A DNA stretch of 64,000 nucleotides from an uncultured Actinomycetes bacterium. GTDB taxonomy: Bacteria; Actinomycetota; Actinomycetes; S36-B12; UBA10799. Position numbers and translations under genes: made by a program. Location: assembly GCA_963842975.1 (NCBI GenBank), contig CAWJIH010000007.1:109-64108 (forward strand). The letters are read 5' to 3'. The notes beneath the pieces were generated by a model. It had not been told where the DNA came from, made no database searches, and was given only the letters and a program-made list of their open reading frames with translations. This document shows, in pieces, positions 1-10,060 of the stretch; the stretch's first letter is position 1, and every line of letters starts with the position of its first letter.

Positions 1-89
1 CGGTGGGCTGGGAGGTGGAGGAGTTGCGCTACGGCTTTGGTGATGGCGTCTTCGGGGGTGACGACATCGCCCGGGTGCGGCGGGTCTGA
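1..89 (+). CDS. 3' end of a gene entering from the left edge (possibly a methyltransferase-like C-terminus)
   Basis: Open frame 3..89, VGWEVEELRYGFGDGVFGGDDIARVRRV*, convergent with the next gene. Confidence 0.3.
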   Translation, partial: VGWEVEELRYGFGDGVFGGDDIARVRRV

Positions 90-227
90 CCCAGTCCCAC
101 AACGAGTGTGGGTTCAGCGCCGAAAACCGGCCTCGAACCCACACTCGACTCCAAGCCGCACGAGTACTCCCCGGCTCGGTCGCAGTTGTAGTCGGCCCGC
201 TGCTGCGACGGCGGGTGCCGCAGGCCC

Positions 228-1205
228 TCACCAAGTACCGTCCGTGATCGAGTCAGCGTTGGGGTCCTTCAGCGTGATCACCGTCGTCGGGTCTACTGGG
301 GTGAACGGCTGATCGTCCCCGCCGAGGACGCTTCCCACCGTGGTCACCCCCGCCAGACTTGGCGACGCGGGCAGGTCGCTGGCATCGGCGTTGTAGTAAT
401 CGAACCAGGGCAGGCCGGCATCAACGTAGGCTTCGTAGTCCACGGGCGTGGCCGGTGGCGCCTCGCCGGTGATGGCGGTCCATTGGGCTGCCGAGCACAA
501 GTGCACGAACACCCGCGCGGAGCGCTCCGGGTCGTAGTCCTCGAGCAGCCGGTCGTCTGAGTAGATCTCTTGCCGCATCTGACCACCCGACCCGAGGCCC
601 ATGTCCGGAGGCGCACCCGCGCATAGAGACGCGTCATCCAGGTCGCCGTACGGTACCGCCGCGGCCTGCTCGGCGTTCCACCGCGCGAGTGCGTCGGCGG
701 TCATGCCCACCGCTCGCAGCTGGACCCCGCCATGCTCCTCGCTTCCGGTGATCTGACCCTCGACCGTGGCGCCGAGTCCAAGCGGAACGGCAACGAATTG
801 CCGGATGTGGCCCTCACCCGCATTGATCCCGTCGAGCCACGGCTGGTCGGGCAGGCAGAGGTAGTTCTGCGGATCGGATTCCAGCGACTCGGTCCAGCGC
901 TGGCCACTGATGGCGCACACCTTGCCGATGCCAACCTGAAGGGCCGCCGGTTCGTCAGCGTCGAACGCGAGCCACATGGCCTCGCGCTGATAGATGGGCA
1001 GCATCACGCCGCCGCGTGCGAGCCACTGCGGCGGGACGGTGTCGGGATAGTCCTCGACGCGGCGCAAGGGAAAAGCACCCAGTCCCGGCGGTAGCGGGTG
1101 CAGGCCATCCTCAGGGATGCGCAACGTGCGCATGAACGTGACCCGGACTGGGCCCAGGATGAGTGTGTTGCCGTCGAGCTGTGCCTTCTGTGTGTGGTCG
1201 TGCAT
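228..1205 (-). CDS. Conserved hypothetical protein (RTLRIP...LPPGLGxFPL...GGVxLPxYQREAMW family)
   Basis: Protein-like from ATG 1205 (MHDHTQKAQ). Motifs recalled from a widespread family of unknown function. Confidence 0.7.
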   Translation of the reverse strand: MHDHTQKAQLDGNTLILGPVRVTFMRTLRIPEDGLHPLPPGLGAFPLRRVEDYPDTVPPQWLARGGVMLPIYQREAMWLAFDADEPAALQVGIGKVCAISGQRWTESLESDPQNYLCLPDQPWLDGINAGEGHIRQFVAVPLGLGATVEGQITGSEEHGGVQLRAVGMTADALARWNAEQAAAVPYGDLDDASLCAGAPPDMGLGSGGQMRQEIYSDDRLLEDYDPERSARVFVHLCSAAQWTAITGEAPPATPVDYEAYVDAGLPWFDYYNADASDLPASPSLAGVTTVGSVLGGDDQPFTPVDPTTVITLKDPNADSITDGTW

Positions 1206-1346
1206 GACCAACCCCCTGGTTCTGCCGACTCGGTGCCGGTACTGCAGGTGTATCAGGGGGCCCCGACACTCGCCGAATCCTCGATCGAGTGGCCCTATCG
1301 GTCTTCGGCGATCACCTTCGTTGTGCCCGTATCGGATTGGCAAGGC

Positions 1347-2483
1347 ATGATGGTGGGCATGGTTGGCACGAACACCACACGTATATGGGCTCTGGGCGGG
1401 ATCGGCGCGGCCCTGGTCGTGGGCACCATCGGTTGGGCGGCGAGCGCCGGAGCCGTTGACCCCAGGCCCACGCCCGAGCAGTTGCTCACTGCTGTGCAGC
1501 AGCCCGCCGCGACGGACCTCGCCGGGACGACCGTGACTCGCGTCGACCTCGGCCTGCCAGCGGGCTTCGAAGACCTCGTCGACCTTCCTGCGCCCTGGAA
1601 CTCAGACTCCGGCGAGGTGGCCGCGCAGGTGTGGGTGGACGGTCCTGACCGGCAACGAGTCACCGCCCTGGCCGACGCTTCAGCGACTTCGTCCGACACT
1701 GTGGCGGACACCCAACTATCGGCGGTGCGTGACGGCGATTCCGTGGTTGTCTGGTCCGCAGACGACGGCACCGCAACCAACTATTCGGCCGCCCCGGGTG
1801 TGCTGACGGAAGCTGGCGCCGCCCAGGTACCCGGGACTCCAGCGGAGGTGGCTCGCGACGTGCTTGCTGCGTTCGGTGAGGACGCTGACGTGACGGTTGC
1901 GGATTCGCCGCCGATCGCCGGGCGTGACACGGTTGCCCTCGTCGTGGACCCGAGGGACCCGAATACGCTGGTCTCCAAAATCACGATCAGCGTCGACCTG
2001 GAAACCAGCGTTGTGTTGGGAGTTCAGGTGGGCTCCACCCGGCTCTCGGGCCCCGCTATCGACACTGCCTTCACCTCGGTGTCGTACGACCAGGTCAATA
2101 CGGACGTCTTCGCCTTCGCCCCACCGTCAGGTGCCACCGTGGTCGACAAGACGATCGGTGCTGACTCAGACTCCCAGAAGTCGGAGCCCGCAGTCGTCGG
2201 CGAAGGGTGGAGTGCGGTCGCGGTCGGCGAGGTTCAAATGCCCGATGCCGCGGGACAACTGGACCCCTCGGACCCGCTGGGTGGCCTCGACGCGGACCAG
2301 CGGAGCCAGGCCATGCAGGCCCTCGGTACCTACCTAAGCTTGCCGACCGTCAGCGGCGAATGGGGCAGCGGTCGAGTTGTGACGGGCACGCTGTTCTCGG
2401 CGATCATCACCGACGACGGACGATACGCGGTTGGTGCGGTCGACGTCGATACGCTGGATGTTGCGCTGGCGCAGCAGGGCTAG
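1347..2483 (+). CDS. Exported LolA/RseB-fold (DUF2092-like) protein
   Basis: N-terminal hydrophobic anchor (IWALGGIGAALVVGTIGWAASA); motifs QVWVDGPDRQRV and FTSVSYDQVNTDVFAFAPPSGATV. Confidence 0.65.
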   Translation: MMVGMVGTNTTRIWALGGIGAALVVGTIGWAASAGAVDPRPTPEQLLTAVQQPAATDLAGTTVTRVDLGLPAGFEDLVDLPAPWNSDSGEVAAQVWVDGPDRQRVTALADASATSSDTVADTQLSAVRDGDSVVVWSADDGTATNYSAAPGVLTEAGAAQVPGTPAEVARDVLAAFGEDADVTVADSPPIAGRDTVALVVDPRDPNTLVSKITISVDLETSVVLGVQVGSTRLSGPAIDTAFTSVSYDQVNTDVFAFAPPSGATVVDKTIGADSDSQKSEPAVVGEGWSAVAVGEVQMPDAAGQLDPSDPLGGLDADQRSQAMQALGTYLSLPTVSGEWGSGRVVTGTLFSAIITDDGRYAVGAVDVDTLDVALAQQG

Positions 2484-2679
2484 ACGCCCGGGCCTTGGCG
2501 CGTCCTTCATTGGTGGCGTTGTCCACGACTCCCGCCACGAGTTGCTCGATCCGCAGGTGATTTCGGCGAACTTCGCCCGGGTCTACCGAGTTCGCCGTCC
2601 TGGAGGCGATACCGGAGTTGTGCGGTGAGGCCGTGCTCACCGAAACCGTGCTGGAGGGCACTGAGCTGTCGCGGGTGAG

Positions 2680-2769
2680 ATAGTTCGGGCGTGAGTGCCC
2701 ATGTTCTTGGTTGTATCCGGTCATCCAGTCGGTGATTGAGGCTCCCCAGTAGAAGTGGACATCGTCCAT
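2680..2769 (-). pseudogene. Fragment of an integrase-core (IS3/IS481-like) transposase C-terminus
   Basis: ITDWMTGYNQEHGHSRPNYLT resembles the W...YN..R.HS.L.Y.TP motif. Confidence 0.35.
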
Positions 2770-2803
2770 GCAGGTTTGAGGCCTGCTGGAAGGATGTGTT
2801 CAC

Positions 2804-3410
2804 ATGTCAGGCAGTCGTCGGCGGTTCACCGCCGACCTGCGTGATGCGGGCGGCGCGGTGAGCGTGAACACGGTCGCCGGTCGGATGCGTGCGCTCGGGG
2901 TGCAGGGGGTCAGCCCGAGGATGTTCAAGTCCCCACCATCGTCAGCGGCAAGGACGGGGTGTTCCCGCCGGACCTGGTGGACCGACGCTTCGACCGGGGC
3001 CGGCTGGACGCTGTGTGGACCTCCGACAGCACCTACCTGAGCACCGGGGAGGGCTCGGCGTTCCTGTGCGCCAGCAGGGTTGAGCACTCTGGACGTGTGC
3101 TGGGCTGGGCGGTCGCCGATCACATGCGCGCGGAGTTGGTCGTGCAGGCGCTGCGGGCGGGGACGTTCATCCGCCACCACAACTGCGCCAGGGCGGCGCT
3201 GCACACCGACCGCGGCGGGCAGTTCAACGACCGGCACGCCTTCGCCACCATCGAGCAGCTGCGCACCGGGATCGAGGGCTACATCCGCTGGTACAACACC
3301 ACCAGGAGGAACTCCAAGATCAACTACCTGAGCCCGATCCAGTTCGAGGGAGCATCAGCCGGGCAGATCGGGCCCCGAAACCCAGTGTCTACTTCTCCTG
3401 GGGAACCTCA
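2804..3410 (+). mobile_element. Degenerate IS3-family element (orfB remnant plus right end)
   Basis: GSRRRFTADLR..VSVNTVAGRMRALG (HTH_21-like), then a frameshift, WTSDSTY, LHTDRGGQF and YIRWYNTTRRNSKINYLSPIQFE, with an internal deletion. Ends GTGTCTACTTCTCCTGGGGAACCTCA (terminal CA at 3410). Confidence 0.8.
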
Positions 3411-3589
3411 GGTCGCCATCCTCGACGCCGGGAAGTTCGCGGAAGTTGAAGTCGTCGTCATCCCAGTCCAGTCCGTCTGCGCGTTCCCGGATTTCCTCCT
3501 CAAGATCGGGTGCCACCGCAGCGACCTCAGACCACGTCGTGCAGAACTGAACGTCCCACCACGCGAGGGCCGTCTGTGCGTCGGCCTCG
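3411..3589 (-). pseudogene. IS-truncated paralogous fragment of the 11960..12442 gene
   Basis: 179 bp matching 12181..12359 with 5 mismatches; the match ends exactly at the IS3 terminus. Confidence 0.85.
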
Positions 3590-3671
3590 CCAACCTGCGA
3601 ATTCGGCACAACCGCCACCATTAGATCTCGCAAGTGACGCCACAGCACAGAAAAACATCCAACCGAATGTC

Positions 3672-4361
3672 TCACCCGATCTGTACAGCCAGGGGGTGCC
3701 CGAGTCGGGAGGGTTCGACGAAGGTGAGGACGTTGTCGACTTTCAACGCGAATACGCCGTCGTGGTCGGCGAATACGTCGTGTCCGACGAGGTCGGTCAG
3801 CCGTAGTTGCAGGATGCGGGCGAGGAATTCCGGCGTTGTGGCCAGCGGGACCTCGACCATCTCCGGTACGGGCTGTTCGGTGACGGTGCGCACGGCCGGG
3901 TCATGGTTGCCGACTAGGGATGCGACGTTCGCTGGCGGGATGGACAGGTCGACCGAATCGGCGTTTTCGATTCTCATCAACACCGGCCGTGGCACGCCGA
4001 AGACATCGCGGACTGCACATGTCAGCCGCTCGGCGGCCTCCGCCGCGGTCACCGCGCGCAGTTGCCAGTTACCGAATTCGGCGAGTTTCCAGTCGGTAAA
4101 CAGCAGGTGGGCTTCCTGGTCGGGGTCGAGTTGGAAGTCCGGGCCGAGGTAGGTGTTGCCGCTCAGTTCGACCAGGTAGCGGTCGTACTCGATGGCGACC
4201 TGCACATACGGCTGGACCTGGCTGACGCGCTCAAGAGCCGGGTGGCCAGCATTGATAATGAAGAACTGGCCCGGCTGCAGCCGTTCCAGGGTGAGTTGAA
4301 GTCGTTTGGTGAAGGTCCGCCACGGATTCTGCGATTCGACGACACGGCTGACGTTGGCCAC
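3672..4361 (-). CDS. TY-Chap (T3SS/YbjN-like peptide-binding chaperone) family protein, probably C-terminally truncated
   Basis: WRTF..L..L..L...FII...PYVQ...VELSGNTYL...L....L...W...GNW followed by DHDG. GTG start with a purine-rich RBS. Confidence 0.55.
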   Translation of the reverse strand: MANVSRVVESQNPWRTFTKRLQLTLERLQPGQFFIINAGHPALERVSQVQPYVQVAIEYDRYLVELSGNTYLGPDFQLDPDQEAHLLFTDWKLAEFGNWQLRAVTAAEAAERLTCAVRDVFGVPRPVLMRIENADSVDLSIPPANVASLVGNHDPAVRTVTEQPVPEMVEVPLATTPEFLARILQLRLTDLVGHDVFADHDGVFALKVDNVLTFVEPSRLGHPLAVQIG

Positions 4362-4767
4362 TGTTCCCCCCGAAGTGTTCTGCTATTTGCAGGTGATCTA
4401 GCACTTCCGGGCAGGAGATTATTCCCGTGCCGCCTACCTCGCCAGGGGGAGAGGGGAACCGACATGGCCTGGACGATGATCAAGAACATCTACGAGGTGG
4501 ATGGTCCGCCACGGATGCCGCGCCGAGCCGACGGTAGCTACTTCCCACACTGCGTCGGCGTGGGTCCAGGCGCAGATGCTGGTCGAGTCCTGCGTGTCCG
4601 AGGAGGGCTTCCTAGTCTCCCTGCGCAAAGCGGGGTACGTCACTTTGATGAAAGCCGCCGCCAGAGTAGGTGACCCCGGCGACGTCGATGGGTTCAGGCC
4701 TTAGATTGAGTGCTGCGCGGAGTTCGCGCAGCCGGCATGCCGATGTAGCGGCGATTCGCGTCGCTGA

Positions 4768-5727
4768 ATGGGGACGGGGAGGATTGCGATGGCCGCTCGT
4801 GACGACAGCCTTGACGGTGGGCGTTCGGCAGATGACTCGACTGTGTCGGGTCCCGTGGTCCGGGTGGGGCGGGCATCGGACAACGACATCGTCGTGGGCG
4901 ACCTGCAGGTCGCCGGCCATCACGCGAGTTTCAGCAAGGCCTCCGACGGTTGCTGGCAGTTGCACCTCGAGCGCCGGGCAACCGCGTCGGTGAAAGGACA
5001 GCCCGCCCCGGAGCGTATCGAAGCGGGCACCACGGTCCGAGTGGGAAATGTGCCGCTGCTGGTCTCGGCGGACGGAGTTGCGGAGGTCGCCCCGTCGGAT
5101 CATGACCTGGTGGCGAGCGACCTGATGGTGATCAAGGACGGCCAGACGATCCTTTCTGACGTCTCCTTCGTCGTTCCCCCGAATTCGTTGGTGGCAGTCC
5201 TCGGGCCAAGCGGCTCCGGCAAGACGACCCTGCTGAACGCTTTGACCGGAGTGGCGCCGGCCGATTCCGGGGACGTGCTCTACTGCGGCACGCCGGTCTA
5301 CGACGAGTACGAGGACGTTCGTCGTGCGATCGGTCTGGTGCCGCAGGAGGACTTGCTGCACGCCACCCTCACCGTGGATCGAGCACTGTCGCTGGCTGCT
5401 CGGCTCCGGTTCGCTCCGGACGTCGAAGAGTCGGAGGTCGACCAGCGCATCGAAGAAGTGCTGGACTTGCTCGGTCTGTCCAAGCACCGCAGCAAGCGGG
5501 TCGGCCAGTTGTCCGGTGGGCAACGCAAACGTACGTCGGTGGCCATGGGCGCATCGGATAGGCAGCGCCTTCCGACGACCTGCCATGAGCCTTTCTGCAA
5601 GCCGGCAAGGCGAGTTCCCGGCTGCGGACTCATCTGCTTCGGGGAGCAACACGGCTCGCCTCCGGGCCACGGCATTGCTGACCCCACTCAGCGGGATCCG
5701 CGGTATCTTGCTGTTGCGTGTTCATGA
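4768..5727 (+). pseudogene. FHA-domain ABC transporter ATPase (Rv1747-like), truncated after the signature motif
   Basis: FHA motif VGRASDNDIVV..VAGHHA; Walker A GPSGSGKTT; LSGGQRKRTSVAM. Walker B and the permease are absent, and the sequence is unrelated after ~5550. Confidence 0.8.
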
Positions 5728-7358
5728 GACAGGGGTGGACATTGGCTGCGTTCTCCACAACTGCTTCGAGCATCCCGCAACGCCGTATTCCGTTGGTCGG
5801 CGCACGTCACATCCAACTCGCTGAGAAGTTGGCGAAGGAAGTCACCCGCGAAGGTGCGGGCTTTCGGGTCTATGTCCTCGAGGGTCCCTCGGGAGTGGGT
5901 AAATCGAGGGTGATTCGCGAGATCTACGCCAGTCTGATCGGGCAACCGTCATGGGCGGGCTACTGGCCTGACACAGTGGAACAACTCGGGACAACCCAGG
6001 AGAATCGCAAGATCCTCGGAGCGGGGCGGGCGCCCATCACCTGGAAGCCGAACGAAGACCCGCGCTTCCTTTGGTGGGACTTCCAGTGCGAACTTGGATA
6101 CGACCAGAGCCCAAGTTCAGCCGTTGCATCGTTCGCACCGTACCTGGAGCGGCACGCAGCGCCACTGGCCGTGGGCTTGTCCAGGAGCCTGGGGCTGCCC
6201 GCCGAAGTGCTACAGGTGATCCGAAGCCGGTGGGCGACGCTGCTGCAACGACTTGCCACAGAGGGGATCTCCGAGGCGCGGGAAGTCCTGCTTGACTGGA
6301 TTGGTCTAGGCGGAATCCCCGGTCTCGAACCGCTCTTCCGGGCCCTCACTGGTACGGCGGCCTGGCTGCATGACCGCCGGAGCCGCATGGCGCGGCGTGT
6401 GTCCGACATCATTGTCGACGTCAATGCTTCGGACCCTGCGACTGGCATCGCCGGGGCAATCGTGTCAATGACAGCCGGGAAACTGCCGGCCGTCGTTGCG
6501 ATTGAGGATCTCCACTGGATGGGGTCCGACACCGGCATGCTGTTGGGGCGCCTGGCAGATATGAATGCAGATGTCACTGTGCTCGCGACGGCCTGGCCGG
6601 AAGGCGCTGAAAGGAGACATTACCGCGATTTTCTCGGGGCAGCGGGCACCTCTGTCGAGCGACTACCCCTACGCGAGCCGTCCGATCTTGAAGCAGCACG
6701 CATCGTGCAGGCAGTTGCACCATCAACGGCCCGGACGGACGCTCAGATGATTGCGCAGCATTGGGCTAACCCTTTGGCCATGCTTTCGCTCCTGAGCCTC
6801 CCGAAGGTTCAGCGTCGGATCGCCGCTCAAAACGGCCGGGCCAAATGGGGTCGAGAAATGACGGCATTTCCTCGGACTCCAGTTGAACTCGCGAAGCTCC
6901 GACTTCGGGAGATGCAGCCTAGTGCTGAAGGTGCGCTGGTCTGGTCCGCTGGTGCGCTCCCTCTCGATCGGGAGTCGTCTACTGTGACCTTCCTACCCGA
7001 ACTGGTGTCTGAGGTGTCGCGGGAAGTTGGCAAGGAACCTGAAGCTCCTGCGCCGGACCCAGAAGATGTATTCGAAGAGGGGGTGCGCAAGGCGCGTACG
7101 GACTATCACTGGCTCTGGGATCCCGCCCCGGACACAAGCCGGTTCGCTGAGCCGCACTTACTTGCGGCCGCGCGAGAGAGATGGACTGAAGAGGTCGACG
7201 ACTCCGTGCAGTCCATAACCCGATCGGTCGCCTGTGACCTCTTGGCGCAGTTCATCAACGCCAGGCGAGATGGGGCCCTGCTGGTCTCGCTCGATCAGGC
7301 CGACTTCGTGGCTGCTGCGAGGTGGCTCATTGCCTTGAAAGGTGAGGCTAGTGGATGA
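5718..7358 (+). CDS. STAND/AAA_16-type P-loop NTPase (N-terminal part of a probable NTPase-TPR protein)
   Basis: Walker A LEGPSGVGKS, Walker B VVAIEDLHW, and NPL motif (HWANPLAM). Confidence 0.7.
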   Translation: MFMRQGWTLAAFSTTASSIPQRRIPLVGARHIQLAEKLAKEVTREGAGFRVYVLEGPSGVGKSRVIREIYASLIGQPSWAGYWPDTVEQLGTTQENRKILGAGRAPITWKPNEDPRFLWWDFQCELGYDQSPSSAVASFAPYLERHAAPLAVGLSRSLGLPAEVLQVIRSRWATLLQRLATEGISEAREVLLDWIGLGGIPGLEPLFRALTGTAAWLHDRRSRMARRVSDIIVDVNASDPATGIAGAIVSMTAGKLPAVVAIEDLHWMGSDTGMLLGRLADMNADVTVLATAWPEGAERRHYRDFLGAAGTSVERLPLREPSDLEAARIVQAVAPSTARTDAQMIAQHWANPLAMLSLLSLPKVQRRIAAQNGRAKWGREMTAFPRTPVELAKLRLREMQPSAEGALVWSAGALPLDRESSTVTFLPELVSEVSREVGKEPEAPAPDPEDVFEEGVRKARTDYHWLWDPAPDTSRFAEPHLLAAARERWTEEVDDSVQSITRSVACDLLAQFINARRDGALLVSLDQADFVAAARWLIALKGEASG

Positions 7359-8382
7359 GGCGCTTGCCGTGGCGTTGATCACGGTGGCTCGCAGCCTCGC
7401 TGCAGAGCACCGATATGGGGATGCTGCCAGGCTGCTGGCGCGCCCTGACTTCATCGACTTCCTGCGCGCGTCCGATCACGAGGACGCATCTGAAGTCGGT
7501 AACCAGTTGGCATGGTGGCTGGCCTGGAGTGGTCACTACGCCGATGCCCTCTCTCTCTACGACGGGTTGCTGACGCGGGCGATGAGCACGCCCCGACGAA
7601 GGCAGATTCAGGCGCGACGAGCCTACGTCCTGGGAATGAGTTCCGCTGATGGAGCAACGTCAAGACTGGCCAGGGATGCTTTCGCAGAGTTGGCAGAGGA
7701 GCTGGCGAGTGACCGGTCAGCGGACGAACGACTTGAGTTCAGCGTGCTACGTCAGCATGCGCGCTGGGTTGGGACATCTGGCGACCCGGGGCAGGCGCTG
7801 AGACTTCTCCAACAACTGGAGGTGGATTGGGGTGCAAAGGCTGACCGAAACGAGAGGGAGTGGATGCTGCTCCAAAGCAATCTTGCGTATTTCCTCAGCA
7901 GGTCTGGGGATGTCTCGGTGGAGGCGTATAAGGAGATCGCTGCCAGGTATAGGAGCCTTGCGGAGCTGAGGGAACGGGTGCTTGGCGCGACCGATCCCGA
8001 CACCCTGGATGCAAGACGGAATGCGGTCTGGTTCGGCTTCTGGTCCGACCCCGTGCTTGGCCTCATGAATGCGCGCGCGTTGGAGACCGACGCGCTTGAG
8101 ATTCTTCCGGCCGGACACCCGTACTCGATCGCCATCATGCTCGATGTGGCTGTGTTTGCCGCCAGAGGCTCGCAAGTCTCGATTGCTCAGGAGCACCTGA
8201 TACGAATTCGTCAAGATCTGAGGAGTTGCCAAGATCAGGCATCGGCGCTGTCTGAGTACGGCGACGCACAGCCAATCGAGTCTCGATTCGAGGAGATCCG
8301 AGAGTACATGCGCTTGGCCGACGCCGAAACTGATCTCGCAGTCCTGGACGAGTTGGGTCGAATCCTCGCTGGTGGGCAGTGA
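7342..8382 (+). CDS. TPR-repeat protein, likely the frameshifted continuation of 5718..7358
   Basis: RVLGATDPDTLDARRNA and ILPAGHPYSIA resemble TPR_10/12 repeats; the frame overlaps the upstream stop by 17 nt. Confidence 0.65.
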   Translation: MRLVDEALAVALITVARSLAAEHRYGDAARLLARPDFIDFLRASDHEDASEVGNQLAWWLAWSGHYADALSLYDGLLTRAMSTPRRRQIQARRAYVLGMSSADGATSRLARDAFAELAEELASDRSADERLEFSVLRQHARWVGTSGDPGQALRLLQQLEVDWGAKADRNEREWMLLQSNLAYFLSRSGDVSVEAYKEIAARYRSLAELRERVLGATDPDTLDARRNAVWFGFWSDPVLGLMNARALETDALEILPAGHPYSIAIMLDVAVFAARGSQVSIAQEHLIRIRQDLRSCQDQASALSEYGDAQPIESRFEEIREYMRLADAETDLAVLDELGRILAGGQ

Positions 8383-8512
8383 CCGCTTGGCAGACACCGG
8401 AGAACTCACGCGTTGGGCGGCCCATGCCCGAACAGCCCCCAACACTGGCATGGGCGAGCCATGGTAGGAGCCGCGCCTGGCGCGTTCACATGGACTGCCC
8501 GGTGACGTCGCT

Positions 8513-9004
8513 GGTCAAGTCCTTTGGCGTTGTGCTTCGTTTCGGCGTGATTCCTGCGGCTGGGGGGTCAGGCGGATAGGGCTGTGATGGGGTTTGCTGC
8601 TGGTTCCTCCTCGGTGGTTGCGATCAGGGTGAGGCGGGCCTTGCCAGGGCTTCGAGGTCGGGGTAGCGGCGGGTGGACACCCCCAGCAGCTAGCAGCTCG
8701 CCACCACGCTGGTCAGCGCAGCCTCGGCCCGCCGCCTGTGCTGCAGCAGCCACTCCGGGAGTTACGTCCCCGAGCGCGGCTTTGGGATCGCCGCGTCGAT
8801 GGTGCCAACCCGGGTGTCCAGGTCGGGGTGCCGATCGCCGTTGCCGATGTTCGTCCGCTCCGCCTACAGGGCGCCGCAGACGGCGTCGGCGGACAGCAGT
8901 GTCTGGATGAACGTGGACGGCAGCTCCCGCATCAGGTCCGGGGATGCCTGGGCCCGGCGCTCGGCCAGGAACGGCTCAGGGTCGCTACGACGAACTGCGG
9001 TCAT
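8513..9004 (-). mobile_element. Internally deleted IS256-family element
   Basis: MTA...ASPDLMREL..F...L.SA.DAVCGA, DLDTRVGTIDAAIPK.RSG and VVASC*LLGVSTRR join directly to a C-terminal tail (ARLTLIATTEEEPAANPITALSA*) and a putative end GGTCAAGTCC at 8513. Three in-frame stops. Confidence 0.85.
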
Positions 9005-9223
9005 CGTGCAAGTCCTCTCGAGTCGGTTGTGGAAGATCACTCGAAGGATCATGTGACGACCGACATTGCTGTCGACCTTGCGCGCACCGTGGTGGCGGTG
9101 ACGATCGAAGTCCTCTTTGATTCCCTGGAATAGCGTGGAATATGACAATCTTGTGCTCAACCGGGCGAACGCACGTCAGCGCAACGAACGCATTGCACTT
9201 CCTCCACAGAATTGCGAGACACG

Positions 9224-10060
9224 ATGATCACGCTGGGTATTGACCTTGCTACTGAGCCCGCCAGCACAGCTATTGCGCGCATCAACTGGGGCGGTGAAAG
9301 GCCGGTCGTGATCGCGGTGTCACGTGGCGGTGCTCCCCGCGATGGAACCGACGCCAGTCACCTCGACGATGAAGATCTCGTTGAGTTGATCCGTGACACT
9401 GTCGACGCAGGCGGCACCGTGGGCATCGACTGCCCATTCGGCTGGCCTGAGACGTTCCGCACGATGATCACCCATCACGCTGAGGACACCCTGGACGCGG
9501 CAGACGATCATGACAGCCTGTGGCGGCAGAACAATGCCTACCGGCAAACCGATCTCGCCGTCGCCGAGGACGTCGCCGCGCACAAGAACGCCTCCGATGA
9601 CCCGCTCTGGCGCAAGAAGAACCCGCACACGATGAAGGGAAACCTCCCACTGAGTCCGGCCGCGGACCGTCTCAGCCTGACCACGATGAGACTCGCCGCA
9701 CTATTTGCCCGCCTGCGCGAGGTCGGCGTACCGGTGGACCGCTCCGACGTCCACGGGGCCGTCGTCGAGGTCTACCCCGCGGCATCACTGGCCATGTGGG
9801 ACCTGCCGAACAAGGGCTACAAGGGCAAGAAGAACGACAGTGCCGAGGTCCGCAAGTGTCTACTCCAGCAGGTCCTGATTCACATGGACATGGACGCCGA
9901 GTCTCAGGAGCTATGTACCGAAGTCCGACGATGCACTGGATGCCGTAATCGCTTCGCTGTCCGCCCGAGCGGCGCAGCTACACCAGGTGGCCCCAGTCCC
10001 CGACAATTTTCGGGCCCAAGCCCGGCGTGAGGGCTGGATCGCTCTGCCGACCAGTGGACT
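9224..10060 (+). CDS. DUF429 (predicted RNase H-fold nuclease) domain, frameshifted near 9925
   Basis: LGIDLA, GIDCPFGWP and EVYPAASL; the alternate frame gives DDALDAVIASLSARAA...EGWIALP. Confidence 0.75.

Noticed and set aside
2500-2600. Histidine-kinase-like fragment (RIEQLVAGVVDNA)
   Set aside because: Too short and degenerate to support.
4464-4724. Small ORF with a good RBS (MAWTMIKNIYEVDG...)
   Set aside because: 69 aa, no recognisable motif, possibly frameshifted; insufficient support.
4612-5670. 352-aa minus-strand ORF (similarly 10554..11396, 15882..17054, 54675..55859 and 56411..57460)
   Set aside because: Each lies opposite a gene with recognisable motifs and has none itself.
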